NCBI GenBank assembly: GCA_973895155.1 | Contig: OZ316898.1 | Coordinates: 20,471,292 to 20,535,291, forward strand | Length of the DNA: 64,000 bases | Reading direction: 5' to 3' | From: Marsupella aquatica | Lineage: Eukaryota; Plantae; Marchantiophyta | Program-made: the position numbers and the translations under genes | The notes under the pieces: generated by a model | The model's input: only the letters and a program-made list of their open reading frames with translations | Database searches by the model: none | What the model was told of the DNA's origin: nothing | Shown here: positions 1-13,814 of the stretch, piece by piece | Layout of the letters: each line of letters begins with the position of its first letter | Position numbering within the stretch: the first letter of the stretch is position 1

Positions 1-623
1 AAGGGCTATCTCATTGGCTTGCCAAACCGTGTTCAGTCTCCCACATGAGCTTGCGTTGGGGATACAACACTGAGTAGGCATGGATGTTGAGCCAAGTGCA
101 TCTTGCCCTCAGACTTTTGGTTGAGATGGAACCGTAGAGACAGTTGCTAGAGTTGGGGACAAGCTAACTATTTGGGCCATGGGCATGTCCTGATGGTATG
201 GGGGTCAGTTAATAATGGATGGAAAGTGAGGAAGCTCGAGCAACATCCGACAAAGGGGTTGTTTTGGACGAACAATGGGTGCTAACGCTAGCTTCAACTT
301 ATGATAAGGTCACACCAGCCCAAGAGGCTCTGTCCACACACCTATTTACCAAAGATTGTTGAGTTTAAGAAAAATAATGGTCTTGGGATCCAAAATCAAG
401 GTGGATTACTTACCGATACACTTGGTTGCTTGTGTAGACAATAAGAGCCGTTGAATTACGGTCGTGTTGAGTAGCCAGTGCAACTTTGTATGAGAGTTAT
501 TGCTGATGGTGATAAAGACACCGAGTTATTTGCTCATGAAGTTCTAGGCATTTGGGCACCAAGAATACTAAAGAAAAAAATATAGGATTTGGTGAAAGTA
601 CTAGGTGGCTAGGTCCACCACTA
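1..623. repeat. Dispersed repeat, copy A (probable degenerate transposon; truncated by window start)
   Basis: Colinear similarity to ~61930-62584, e.g. GGACAAGCTA..CTATTTGGGCCATG(G/A)GCATGTCCTGA, TTACTTACCGA...TTGGTTGCTTGTG and a shared end GGTCCACCACT. No recognisable protein domain. Confidence 0.75.
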
Positions 624-2000
624 ATAACAAGAAAATTAACATATGTAAGAGCAAGTGAAATTAAACAAGAAAACAGAAGTCATCTTTTGAAATTAATTTG
701 GAGATACCTCTTTTCTGCTCATGTAGCACATATTATATTTATGAGTGAAAAGAGTGAAATGTGACAAGAAAAGGCTTTCTCAATTCAATTTGAACATATT
801 ATTTTCCAAGCCTCTTCTAGCAAGCTCAAGAAGAGCCAATTAGACTTTGAGATATTATGCTCATTGCAAAGATTTTTCCAAGTCTCTTCTAGCAAAGCCC
901 AAGAAAAGCAAATTCTAGAGATGAAAGTATAAGTAAGCCTCTTGTGGCAAGCCCAAGAAGAGCAAATTCCAGAGATGAATGTCTAAGTTAGCTGCTCAAT
1001 TTTTCTGGAAAGGAAATATCAAATGATCTTTAGAATTCATAGCAGATATTGAATGTCATCTTGAAAGTCTACGTTGGCTGCTCAAAAACTTTTAGAAATC
1101 CATAGCTCTCTCACTCCATGAAAACTAGCCACATTAGACTTGTTAGAAGGATCTTTGAGAGACTCTTCTAACGAGACATTAGACTTGTTAGGACTTCTGA
1201 GAAAACCGCTCCGATGACAGTGCATATCAATGGACATATTGCAAGTCGAAATTTGCTGCCATGTTTTCGAAAATGAGAAGGTATCAACGAGAAGGTATAC
1301 CATGCAACTCCTGTTAATTCGAATAATACTTGAGAACTTCGAGAGACAGGTGGAGTTTTATTGTTGGATGCATTCACAATCACTATTTCTGAATTCGTCC
1401 GCGAACTTAGATGTCACAAATACTCTGCATGTAAGGTGTTCCCGCATGTTTTGAAATGTTGTGCAAGTAGCCGGACCTTTTAAGCAAGAGTTAAATTCCC
1501 ATTCCCATCTTCCTTCCCCATAATCCATTCCATACACAAACTAGGGCTGATCTCAAAGCTTACCATATGCATTTGATCTCTAAGCCGTAAAACATTCAAA
1601 TATCTTCAAATCCTACATTCTCTGTTGCATTTCACAATGTGATGAGCAGCAACCGCTCGACAAACATCATACATGCATGCAGTCCTTCATTGGTACCAAG
1701 GCCTTTAAATACTGAAAGCATGTGCTCAGTTCCAAGATATTGACAAAATATTACAATGGATCGTTGTACACATCTAAAGCTTTCCATATGTTTAGTGGAT
1801 CTATCTAGTACCAGTGAAGTACAAATCATACATAGATTGCCACGCTTCTATGGTACAAGTCAATCTCATCTTCAATCGAGTTTCCAATTCCTCTAAAATA
1901 TATAACTATGAAATTACAATCTCATTGCCAAATATTCTGGTTAATATCACCAGAACATAAATTATAATGAATTAAAAATCGAAAACAAAAATGCGAGGCA

Positions 2001-5000
2001 CTACTTTCTTAACAGACAGAGAGAGTGCGCAGGGCAACGAGTTATTTCCACGACTGCAGGAGGATCATCTTCTTCACCGAGAGGTTGTTGCCACGGCTCA
2101 CCATCCATTTGCATATAAGCCTCTGATCTGTGATGCTTTCCCTTCAACTCCAGTTTTACTGCTCTTGCCTGAGCCAGTCATAAAAGCATTGACAAGCAAA
2201 CGAGATGCCTTAGTGACTTCATCAAACTTATTCTCCTTGTATCCAACCCGATCATATTGCTTTGAGAGAGTAACACTTGCCACGGAGGCAGTCCCCGTCC
2301 ACTAGCGTGCCAGATCTAGAAACTCTACTGTAAAATTTAGTTCCATTGTTCTTCTCGAAAAGAGCTGAACATATGTCAGGCTGCTAACACTAGAATCACC
2401 ATATTATGACTTTGTGTTGGCTTTCCAGTCAATTACCTGACCCAGGCGAACAGCGGAGAGCCAGTCCAACAACACAAATGCAGTATGCCAACCATCCCGG
2501 AGACCAATGATTTCGAGAACACCGTCATCACATTTTGCCTCCACATATCCTTCCTGCCAATTATTACGGAGTAAGTCATGGGTCCAACAACAACTGCAAA
2601 TATGCCTGTCCGAAACAAGGCTTTCTTCCTGCGTTGGGAGTCTAGGGCCTGAATGCTAATCACAGACTCCATGTATACTAATAAATGAATCTGCCACTGT
2701 AAGATTTAAACAATCACATGCAGGAGCCTTCCTTTATTATTGGGGGTCAGTTTCACCTTCTCTCGTCGGCCACTGCTGGGACGACCCCAAGGATTTCTGC
2801 CTCCAGCATAGCTTTGCAGATTCAAGATGACAATTGCCCTAATACTGATCAGCAGCCCACAACAATGTCAAATCTTAGTCACTCATATGTAAATAAAATG
2901 TGTCCGAAGATGTGAATTGCGGTAGCCAAGCCTCGCCATGTGAACCTCTATAATGGCACCATATCTGAGCTTTGTGCTCTTGGTTGAACTCCCTGGGACA
3001 TTCGTGAAACATCCAGGTGCGCTTGGACTATTACATTAGTAAGCTTCTTGCAGCACACCCTTGAAACGAGGCCATGGCCGTGAAGAGATTACCCGGGTTG
3101 CAGCTTCAATTCTTCCCATTGCGCCTCAACCTCATGATTTGGCTTGGTGTAAACTGTTAAGATCTGCTTTAAACCTCTGCCAATCCAGATGTGGGAACGT
3201 AAGGATTTCAAATAAACAGACTGCAAGGACATTCTCAAGTGAGATCATTGCTTCCTCCACCATCGAAACAAACGTCATGCCGGAAAGAATAGACATCGTT
3301 TCAGAAAAGTCCTTACGTCGGATGTTAATTATCGAATTGAAATTTTACCTATGAACAGGAGCTGTGGCGCAGGGTGTGCAAAACCACCCTTGTACGCAAC
3401 CATAACCTCCATAAACCACCTGGTGAATGAGTAGAATTCCTCGTCAGAATTGTCAAGGATTGCTTAAACATAAGGTCACCCAAAGTCCAATCAAACCAGA
3501 TACTCTGATCAAAACAAACAAGTCGCAGAAAAATTACAGTCTTGGTTGTGGCTTCATGCACCTGGTTGGCAACAGGGCCACTGGCGAGCCAGGGAGCTTC
3601 GTCACGCAAGTGGTGAAAACCATATGCCACTTGGGCATCCATGCCTGCAACCAGCTGAAAATGTTATTGTTTCTGGTTGTGACAGACCACACGTTCATCC
3701 CACAGTATCTCAGTAGTATGCATGTGAAGACGGTTGGGCTGTAGTGTGAGATAAATCCCCTAAACAGACTCGTAGATTTTATTCAATCAGAGAATGAACA
3801 CACTTTAATTTATTCAATCAAAACCAAATACTTTGAGCAGTTCGAAGACATCGAGTGAATTATTTGTTCCATCCCCATGCACAAAGGACTTCTTTATTTG
3901 GAAGTACCAATGCTGAAATAATTCCAGAAAGATCCTTCAAAGTACGGAGCTGCCTTCGTTTCTTCCTTTGTACCGCCGGGATTCTGCACACACAATCCGA
4001 AGAGGACACTTGCACACTTAGATTCTCGCTCAGCAAATATTCTGCCAAAAATAACATACATTGGGTCTGACAGAGCAAGAGTCTTCAAAGTTTCGCAGTA
4101 GACTTGCCTCTAGCGGTATATGATGCTGCGGGTGCATTGCATATGGCAGCTTCAAAGGAGCATCCTGGCGAGTTGGTGCCGGTTTTACTACAAGCCCCCA
4201 GCTGTAACAGCAATTGTGTTACACATACTAAGAAACTGAAAGAATGCAACAAAAGTGACCCAGATTCTTGTAAAAATAGAACCTCAAAACCTCCAGCTCC
4301 TTGACTACCTTTGCTTGTTGCAGAGAAGTAACGAGTGGTATACAACGAACCAAGTATTGCATTTCTGCGTTAAAACTTAACATGAAGATCAAGAAGGTAC
4401 CTATCGAGCGTGGCAACCTCAGCGTCAATACACTTCGATAGGCAACGCTTCACAATTCTCCGGTTTATGGCGCTAGTACCACCTCCCTACATCAAATGAC
4501 TAAAATTAGACAAGATTTCATTTCTTTCATTTGGGTGACGTATAATGCTGTAGCTGTGTCAAGACATTACCATTACAAAGACTTCTCCAATCCGCACACT
4601 TACCCAGCGAAAGCTACGGGACAGATCATTTCCTGTGCCCAGTGGAATTACGCCGACAGGAGGAACCTTGAAGCGTTCATTCTGACTTATTTCAGCAATG
4701 CATCCTAGGACCCAGCCAACAGTCCCGTCTCCTCCTGCAACCTGCCCAAAACAGAATTACTTCCCAGCATCTTTGCTTAGTATCTGATTGGACAATGGTG
4801 TCATGCCACACAATTTAACAGGCAAGACGCAAAACCTATCTAGAGAAATCACGGGCTTCACCCAAATAACTGTCCTAAACGATGAAGTACCAGTATCCGA
4901 AGGTTGTTCCGAGTCTCGAGCGCACATTTGTCCCCGGCATCAGCCTCCTTCTCTAGGAATCCCAGCCCATAACGCAAAACATCTGCTGGCTTGCGTTTGG

Positions 5001-6120
5001 AGAGATCAAACACCTGCCACATGTAACCCGCAATTCTCAAACCACATTTATACAGTTCATCAAGAAGATTGATGGTACGTCTAGTCGAAATCTTGGAAAT
5101 ATACGTTGAAGTGCGAGAGTTCTTTCTACTCATTTATTTTTCTTTCTTTTCCCTTCTGCTGAGTTAGAGTAAGGGAGCACGAGAAGAATTACAGATTAAA
5201 AAGTAGTCGGCACCAAATTTTGATGAGGCAGAAGGAGAGTACAGAAAGAAGTACAGAAAGTAGAAGGGATAAGGAGAAATTGCCTGCGTCGCCGCGATGA
5301 GATCCACGAGAAGTGCCTCCAGTTGGGGACCAAGACGGCCACCGCTTTTTGAATTGATGAATACCAAGATTGGGCACTCGGAAGCTTTCACATTTTGGAT
5401 ACGGGGACCGTCATGGTAAACGACACCGGCTGACTCAATGGCCACCACCATCCCTTTTGACAAATAGTGTGGAATCAGCACCTTTTCTTTCAGTTCTTCG
5501 TCTTTCACTCGCCTCGTAGGGAAGCTGCTCAACTTAGGCTTCCTCACCGTGGGCAATGACGTGAGTAGCCCTGGGTTTTCATGAGCTGGATCAGTAGCCT
5601 CTCCGGCATTTTCTTCAGTAGCTTCAGCAGAAGAAGGGCCGGTCGCTTCCAACTGTTCCTCGATCCCGCCTGAAATGGAGACATTCCGCTGCTCGGCGGG
5701 CAATTTCTCTGCCTCGCTTTCATTCACTTGTCTATCAGACTCCTTTAGTGCCCCCGGTGTGCTCTCAGCCTCTGCTTCCTCTAGCTTGCCTTGGTCTTCC
5801 AATGCTTCCCTGTCGTCCTGGGTACTGGATGAATGAGGGGCCCGTTCCACGATATCACTTGGAGTTGCGTCGTCTGCGACAGGGGTTTTCGTAGAGCCAC
5901 TAATTTCGAGGAGCGGATCTGGCTTACCCGTCTCAGGAATCTGCTCCTCCGAACTGACATCTTGGTTCGCAGACGGGGTAGACTCGGATTTCACCTCTTT
6001 GGGAGGTGCAGAATCAAATCCTCCTCCGGACGACGGGAGTGGAGCTTCAGATTTACGATCCGGTTTTCCATCGTACTCGCCAGTGGCCAGGGAATGGAGC
6101 GAGTGGGAATCGTCCGGCAT
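2001..6120 (-). CDS. DGK: Diacylglycerol kinase, cluster II type (AtDGK3/4/7-like, no C1 domains), 12 coding exons
   Basis: Spliced translation gives the motifs [30 protein letters not shown] (exon from 4741), [53 protein letters not shown] and [13 protein letters not shown]. Stop TAG at 2001-2003. Long acidic N-terminal extension. Confidence 0.95.
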
Positions 6121-9100
6121 GATTATTAATGTCGTGGCATTGAACCTAATCTCGGCTTAACGCTGAACTTGCTGCAAAGGTAGTGTGAGTAGAATGTTTC
6201 ATTCAATAAGGAGATTTCGTTCCTTCCACGATTATTGAATGTGACTCGAACGTTTCATTCAAGAGGAGATTTCGACAGAGGATGGGTGACTCTTCTCCCA
6301 ATTCTTGTCGGAGAAGCCGCTCGGCGATGGCTTCTTGGACTGCTTCGCTTCCCCGCTGTACGACACCACCATAGCGATGCCGCAGTGCCCGTGGCTCGTC
6401 TGCCTACAACTCTGTCCTATTGCCACCACCTGACCTGGTCCAGGACGGCAAGGCTGCCTTCCAAATTTCGGCTCGGTGGCCGAGCTCAACTAATTCGCAC
6501 TTCATTGATTGTAAAACTCCTCCTCCCTCTAAAATTGCCTCCAACGCACACAGCAAGTAAATCTGCACGAACACAGCAAGTAAATCTGCACGAACACAGC
6601 AAAGTTGCTACTTTTTACCGTTCTCCTAGCGACATACTCGCATGCTAAAGCAAGAGCTCCAACTGATCGATGCTCTCTCTCTTTCTCTCAAACACACACA
6701 TGTCAGGTCATATGTTGGACTTACATGAAAAAACTAATTCATCGCTTAGCGCAGCTTGTTGGAGATCACAAGAAGGCATTCGAAACGGCAAAAGAAAAAC
6801 TCCACTTCTCATCTAGGCGGCCAGTCCGGTGCCCAATCTATGGCCGAAAGGGTTCGAAGCATGCTCCGAACAATGAGCAAAGGCAAGTAATAAATTTGGC
6901 AGACTGAATTCGACCTCGTGAGCACCTTAAAATGATCAGTGCAAGCTAGAATCCTAAGCCGAGCGACCGACAGTAGCGAAGGAAAATACAGAACGAGCTG
7001 TCTCGAGTGTCACCAAATCTGCTGAAAATGAAAAAAAAAAATAGTAGAAGATGCAAAGCTCTATCGTGCCATTATAGGACTCTACGCACAACTAACTCCA
7101 CAATAATTGTAGAATACATTATAACAGACTCAGTGACTCACTCACTCAGATCAGTCGCTCACCAACATGCCTCAAATTATACGGGAAGCAGACCTCATGA
7201 TTCTTCCCGGCCGTACGCCGACACCTCACGCTGCTTCCAAACTATTCCGGTATTCCCACTTCCCAGGCCGTCAGGAGCTTCTGGAGTTCATAGAATCGGG
7301 CGGGCGGATCAAAACGAAGCAGGAGGAGGCTCTCAGAGAGAGTGTCCTGTGTCGTAGGGTCGAGTCGAACGGGTTTCGTCGTTGGACGAAGATCCCTCCT
7401 CCTCTCCCACTGTTTGTTTCAATCTCAATAATAATGTCTCCCCAGTAGTCCTCGTTCCACCGAATTCTCTTGATCCTTCGCGCTCCCCAACGAATCGAAT
7501 CAATGGAATTGAGGAATTCCAATGAAAGATACCATCCACTTTACCAAAAAGGTGGCCAACTGATCAAACTACAAGTCAAGAAAGGGAACAGTTCAGACAG
7601 GACTAAAGAAACTGACTGGATTCCGTTATCAAAGGGCAACTTTGCGGCTCCAGCAGCGCACAAGACCCTCTCAACGGAAAGCACGGAAGCGATCTGAAAG
7701 CTCAGAACAGAGACAGACAGCGCAGACAAGACAGCCAGATTTGTGATTATGTACAAAGGACGCCATCACACCATCCATCGCAACAGTCCCATCGTAGTAA
7801 AGGTTATGGACGAGTCGACTTTTCTCGAGAGAGAGCCAAAGAAGAACCTGAGCTCAAAATGGCAAAGTTCTCGGTTCTCAGTTCTCAGCGAGTTCTCGCA
7901 CATTTACTATGAATTGCGAATCATACCAAGGGGTTTGTATCAGTAAGTCATTTACTGGCCTAAATCGAAGGTCCAGGAGTGACCGTACTTAGATCTAACG
8001 GTCATAATGTGACCTTACAAGTGAAGTACAGAGTGTTTTGTAAGAGGAGGCTTCCCGGCTCGCCATAAGTGTCACCTGCCCAAACTACAAAAAGGAACAC
8101 TATCTCCAAAAGTTATGTACCATTGGCTCAATCTGCCTAGTGGGCCCCTTACTGTGGCCCCTCTGCCCCACTGTATGCAACCAACCTACTACCTACCTGG
8201 GCAGGCATGCCTAAGAGTAGGGTTCCATGCATGTACTCCCCGCCACCCAACCCCCATCTCCAGCAAGGCAGGGAGGTGCTTGGGTTAGCCGGGCCACAAT
8301 TGCATGGAGCTATGCAGGCTACTCCTTGGCCCTTGCCTCTCCTGCCCTCCAAATTCCTTACCCCTACGCTTGCATCTTTTAACCCGGGCACAAGTAGGAG
8401 CAGCCTCCTCCACAAGCCCAGCCGCGAGTGTTTGGAGCTTCAAAATGGGATGTCGCCCAACTTCATAGCTCAACGTCTGGAGCTCTTGAGCGCTTGATCA
8501 AGCTGCCACCCGGATCGCCTTTGCTGAATGTGGTAGATGCCATAGTTAGGCATCCACTTTCTTTGAGGGCCCCAATTGCAGCTGTTGTCCAGCTAATGAT
8601 GCATTTCTTTGAGAGTTCCACTTCTTTTCCACTTCACTTTATGGATGATGATGTGCTCACCCAAACAACAGAGACTCTCTAGAGCACTCTTGTTTTCTCA
8701 CATAATGCCCTCCTTCTAATTTTGCAAGCACTTGGGTTGGTACATGTTTGGGCAAGACAGGTTATTATAGATCAGTGGTTCACTAAGCCCTTTACAGGAC
8801 AAAGATGATGTATTTGGATTGATGAGAGTCCTTGGGAGGATCATTGACACCATTCTCTAAATAAGTCTCTCCTTGGTTTTCTACATAATTATATGAGCTT
8901 GTACATGATAAAATGATCAGAGACTCTCTTGTTCTATTGCAAATCCTGCCTAACTGACAACTCTTAGTAATGAGGCAAGTTACTCTTCCATTGAGACATT
9001 GGCTATTGGTATACATTCTTGACACCAGGTGAATTGTTTGGAGTTTTGAAGAGTTCTACTAGGAAAGTGACTTAGAAGTTCATTTCCTCTTTATCAAGGA

Positions 9101-11099
9101 GAGCTGCACATGTCATTCAATGTCCAAACAAGGCAGATATTTTCCATCCTGAACAAGAATTTCAGGACAAATGGGGTTTTCCCAATCAATGCGGAGCTAC
9201 TGACAAAACACACTTGCCTAAGTATTGAGTTGCCATTTGGTGAGGACTCCAATCAATGCTATGATTGGAAGCACAAGCTCTCAGTCTCCATGCAGGAATT
9301 TGTGATCAGAAATTGAGGTTTTTGTATGTATGTTGTGGGCTGCCAAGAAGCCTTCGGCATACTAGATTAATGAGGATGCATGTCCCAGTTTTATCACCAA
9401 GTCACATAACACCATACTTGATTGGGTGGGCCTCTATTTTGTTGTCAAGATAGCAAGATGCTGCAAGAGTATATCATTGGGGATGCAAGGTACCCTCTAT
9501 TTCCTTGTCTCAGTGTTTCCTTTGCAAAAGGTGTGTTAGAGCAGACTGATCCTCTAACTACAAGTTGTCTAGCTCTAGAATGTGTGTTGAAGCCTTAGCT
9601 TGCCTCGAATGACTTAAACCAATAAGATTTTCCTGCTGTGTTCTCCATAATCTCATCATAGACAGGACTATGGGGTGCCTTGTCCACCTCACCCACTAGG
9701 CTATGTAGAAGTCCTATGTCCCAATAGAATAAATGTACAGAGGCGGACAAGATGCACTAGTAATGGCTTTAATGGACCACTTCCGACCTGACTTCGTATA
9801 ACAAGGACTGTTAAGTTGGATAGTGGGTAACTACTTGGATTGTCACCTTTGTTAAGCTTTGAGGCCTTGTAATGTAGTTTATTTTTGTAATGCAACCCTT
9901 ATGTTTTTCAGAAAGCCTTTGGGACCATTCCCAAGTCTGAAATTTCACTATTGGATCAGGTGCATGGTTTCTTCTGCCAGATCATGGAGTGTGGTTTGTA
10001 TTCCCTGGATGCTCAAAGGATATGAGTTGCCGGGTTGGTACTTCCTTTCATGCTTGTCACACAAAGTCTGAATGAATGGTCATCACCTCAGTGATTTTTA
10101 ATTGAAGTAGAGGGAATATTGACTATCTCTTAGCCCCTGGCTGGACACTTTGGGACCCTGATGTAACCCTCTCACACTCCTGATAGGGTCCCCTGTTGGA
10201 TCCGTGGGTATCATTCCCCATTGTGGGCTATCCTACAATTTTGCACGATTTTTGTCCCCATTTTTGTCCCCGTTTTATGACCAAGTTACATATATACCAT
10301 TACATAACCTGTATATAATGGAGATTATAATATAGCATGGTTTCAAGGGGGCAAGAAAAAACTCCCAGAGAATGAAAGTAAAGCCAATCAACATCCACCA
10401 AGTTAAATGGGGACAACAGTGACACCAATGAAAGTGAAAGTCAATCGACATCTACCAAGCTAGATAATAATGTATGAAACCATGGCAAGAATAATTCATA
10501 TTTTGGCCACTGGTGACTTCATTGGAACTTATTGGTGCACCTTCACCTTACTAACGTTTTTATTAACAAAAGTATAATCATTTTTCTACAAAGTAACTAT
10601 TCTTGTAAGAGAACCGAGAAATGAAATAGTTACAATTAGGGGACCTTCAATTCACATAAACTGGCCGGAAGTGAGGAGGCCTAAAGCTTTGGCTGTCTGA
10701 ATGCATTTGTTCAACTCATACCATTGAGATTTCAGATTGGTTTATGTAATACTAGCCCAATGGTTGTATGTTACACAGTTGTTGTTACAACCATGATTGT
10801 TGTTGTTGTGGAAGTGTTTTCATTGCGCTTGTGTTTTGTGTGAAAATGTTGTTTACAAAAAGTGTCATTGCAGAAGGTGTGTCCAGGGGTGTGTCATTGC
10901 AGTTAAAAGTGCATCATTACAAAAACAAGTTGCCTTGTGGAAAGTTGTTATTGCACAAAAATTTATGTTCTCGAATGGTGTAGAAGTCGATGGAGAAGGT
11001 GAGACACATGTTTTCTTGTCCAGCCTTATTTTTGAAAGCAGACAACGCCCCCTTTTTAAAAATAAAATAAAATCCTAATACCCATCTTGTCAAAACGAT

Positions 11100-12870
11100 T
11101 CATCTTGCTGCTCTGGATCTTGGTCAACATAAGGTCTCACTGAAACCTTGTTCCGCAACTCTTTTGCAGCACTCTGATCCCACCCAGTGCTTGCTTCGTA
11201 AGCTTAACAGCAGCCTCACTTCTTTTTCCATTGCTGGGCGAAGTATTTGCAGCAAAGCATCGTTTAGAATCTGTTTCCTCTGCTCGTCAAACTCTGGCAT
11301 CAAATTATCCGTGACATCTGTCTTTGCAAGTCCAATTGTCACTTCAAGTAGCTTTTCGTCTTCAGCATTTTGTAGAAGCAGCCACTGTGCATCGGCAGAT
11401 TTATCGATGGGCTTATTCCGAAGCCACTTCACACCAGCACACTGTCTGATGGAATGCATCTATCACTGTGTTTCCCTGCAGAGCACGCTTTGTACTGATA
11501 ACAGCCTTCTCTATGTAGACATGGCAAACGTACTCACGGACTGGTGGCTCAGTGCTAATCTCCACAGCGACCATGTGCCTCGCACCTTTCAGAACTGATA
11601 TTGGATCCCGAAATTCACTTCCCAGATGCGCGCTTTGCAACCTAGGGGTGCTAACGCGTCATCCTCAACCTCATGCCTCTTGTACATGACTGAAATGTTC
11701 TCCCCAAACTTTCCAGGGGTCAGTCCAAAATGGCTTGCAACGACACCAAGCCAGCTTTGCGACACACACTGTAGAAAGACCTTCGCTTTGGTCTTTTTAT
11801 TTGGCCTGGCTCCACATCAATCTCATCATGGAGGAACTTTGCATCCACATCATGTACTGCCTGTTCTGATTCAGCGTCCCTGAGTGCTTCGAGAATTGAC
11901 TGAAACAGTTCCTCTTTTGAATTTGCCTCTACGAGACTCATTAAGTTTGCGCTTCTCGTAGGTTCCTTCAAGGCCAAGTTTGCTCCGACGTAAGGGCAGC
12001 CATTTCTTGTCCCAGTGTTGAACTGCGCATAATGCCTGGAAGATTACGGACACCTCTCGACTTGTCAGGTACACAACCACGTGCGTATGAACTAAAAATA
12101 TAGGGTGATCACCTCAGTAACAGCCAAACACCAATGGAAAGTAGGGCACGGACCTCGTAACGAATTAAATTTGGCCTTCCATCACCACTTGAATCCCCGT
12201 GCAGGTCTTCCGGTTCCAGGGACCGTTCCTTCGTGTACATCGCTATGAAGGGCAGCTCTAGTTTCTCTTCGTGTACTGGACGGAGAACAGAGGCAATTTG
12301 TTTCAATATTAATATCTTCCTTGTCCACTCGCACAACACTATCGAATCGTGGAAGTTTCCAGAATGCATACTTGCCAAAGGCCGTTCATAAATCCATGAA
12401 GCTCCTTTGGATGCAGTGTCTGCTGGAGGGAATGAACCCACTATCTCCTCCAAAACCTGGAATCTTTCAGGTACGTCAATGTCACAAATTTCTCCGTCAC
12501 AAATTTCTCTTCGAGTAAACTAGGCTCGCATTGCTTCTCCAGTAATTTACTTGACTTCTTTCTCGTAAATTCATCCTTCGATCCCCTTCGAGATCCACCT
12601 CTGCCTTATGCGCTTCCAACTCCTGCTGCCGTCTGGTATCCAAGAGCGCCGAGACATCTCCAAAATGTTTTGGGCTTCTTGAAATGCATATTAAGATGTG
12701 ATTCCGTACCTCCGTGCCTTCTACTTTTTCGCTTATTTACTTGACTTCTTTCTCGCAAATTCATCATGATCCCCCCTTCGAGATCCATCTCTGCCTTATG
12801 CGCTTCCGACTCCTGCTGCCGTCTGGTCCAAGAGCGCCGAGACATCTCCCAAAATGTTTGGGCTTGTTTA
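11100..12870 (-). pseudogene. SPT6: SPT6 (transcription elongation factor/histone chaperone) gene fragment, disrupted
   Basis: SPT6-like peptides in shifting frames: EEKLELPFIAMY, VQHWDKKW, AESEQAVHDVDAKF..KRPKRRSFYSVCRKAGL, KGARHMVAVEISTEP, VKWLRNKP..AQWLLLQNAEDEKLL, EQRKQIL..PAMEKEVR. Frameshifts and deletions; C-terminal domains absent. GT-AG intron at 12036-12153. Confidence 0.88.
12546..12866. repeat. Direct duplication (~130 bp, 190-bp period) inside the SPT6 fragment
   Basis: TTTACTTGACTTCTTTCTCG...GAGACATCTCC..AAAATGTTT.GGGCTT at 12546 and 12736. Confidence 0.9.
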
Positions 12871-13064
12871 AGTGCAAATGATGAGCTTGACTCTCTTCTT
12901 TACGTATACAATTCTTCTCACCTTGACATTTTTATTTTTTTCAATCTCCCTATCTTATTCTCATCTTTACATTTTTTTTCTTCCAATTTTTCTCATCTCA
13001 CTTTTTCTCACCTCGACAGCTGTCTTCATGTCAACATCTTTTCTTCACCTAAGCATAATACGTA

Positions 13065-13489
13065 GTCCTTTTTGTATGGGAGATTATCTAAACACTATCG
13101 TGTAATATCCAATTGTGCTCTTTCTTTCCCATAATTTGCTTACAAATGTCATTTTGGCGGGATTTCTTCTAAACATGATGTGAGCCTAAAGATGTCATTT
13201 TCCACACCCAAGTTCCCAACTTTTTTCATAGCTTGCATATTCCTTGCAATTTAGCTGCCAAACCAATACACTCCTTTTTGTATGGGAGATTATCTAAACA
13301 CTATAATGTAATATCCAAATTTCCTCTTTCTTTCCCATAATTTGCTTACAAATGTCATTCTGGCTGGATATTTTCTAAACATGATATGAGCCTAAAGATG
13401 TCATTGTGAACCTTTTCCACACGGAACTTCCCAATTTTTTTTCATAGCTTGTATATTTCTTGCAATCTAGCTGCCAAACCAATACACTC
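13065..13489. repeat. Tandem duplication, ~208-bp unit x2
   Basis: TCCTTTTTGTATGGGAGATTATCTAAACACTA at 13065 and 13272; both units end GCTGCCAAACCAATACACTC. Confidence 0.9.
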
Positions 13490-13814
13490 AATATCATGTA
13501 TGACGATCTCTCTTAATCACAACAACAGGTTCACTCAAGGACAATTATTATCTGCAATATTGTGCAACACACAAGCATTGGGCTAGTACATGCCATAATC
13601 TACATTTTGAGCACTACCCACTGAGGAAGTGAAACCAGAGGCTATAATAAATTCAATCGGAAACAGTTTTTTCCAATACTTCATGCTTGTGAGTAGATTC
13701 ATGCTGGGGAGGATGCCCTTCCTAGGCATATCATGGGTGAGAGAACGCACGGGTATTTAGGCTAGTTGCACTTATATGCACGTTGGACTGTGGACCATAA
13801 GTGAGAGACCTTGG

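Noticed and set aside
8070-10240. Possible degenerate transposon coding region
   Set aside because: All frames I tried are interrupted, and no RT, integrase or transposase motif was recognisable by eye.
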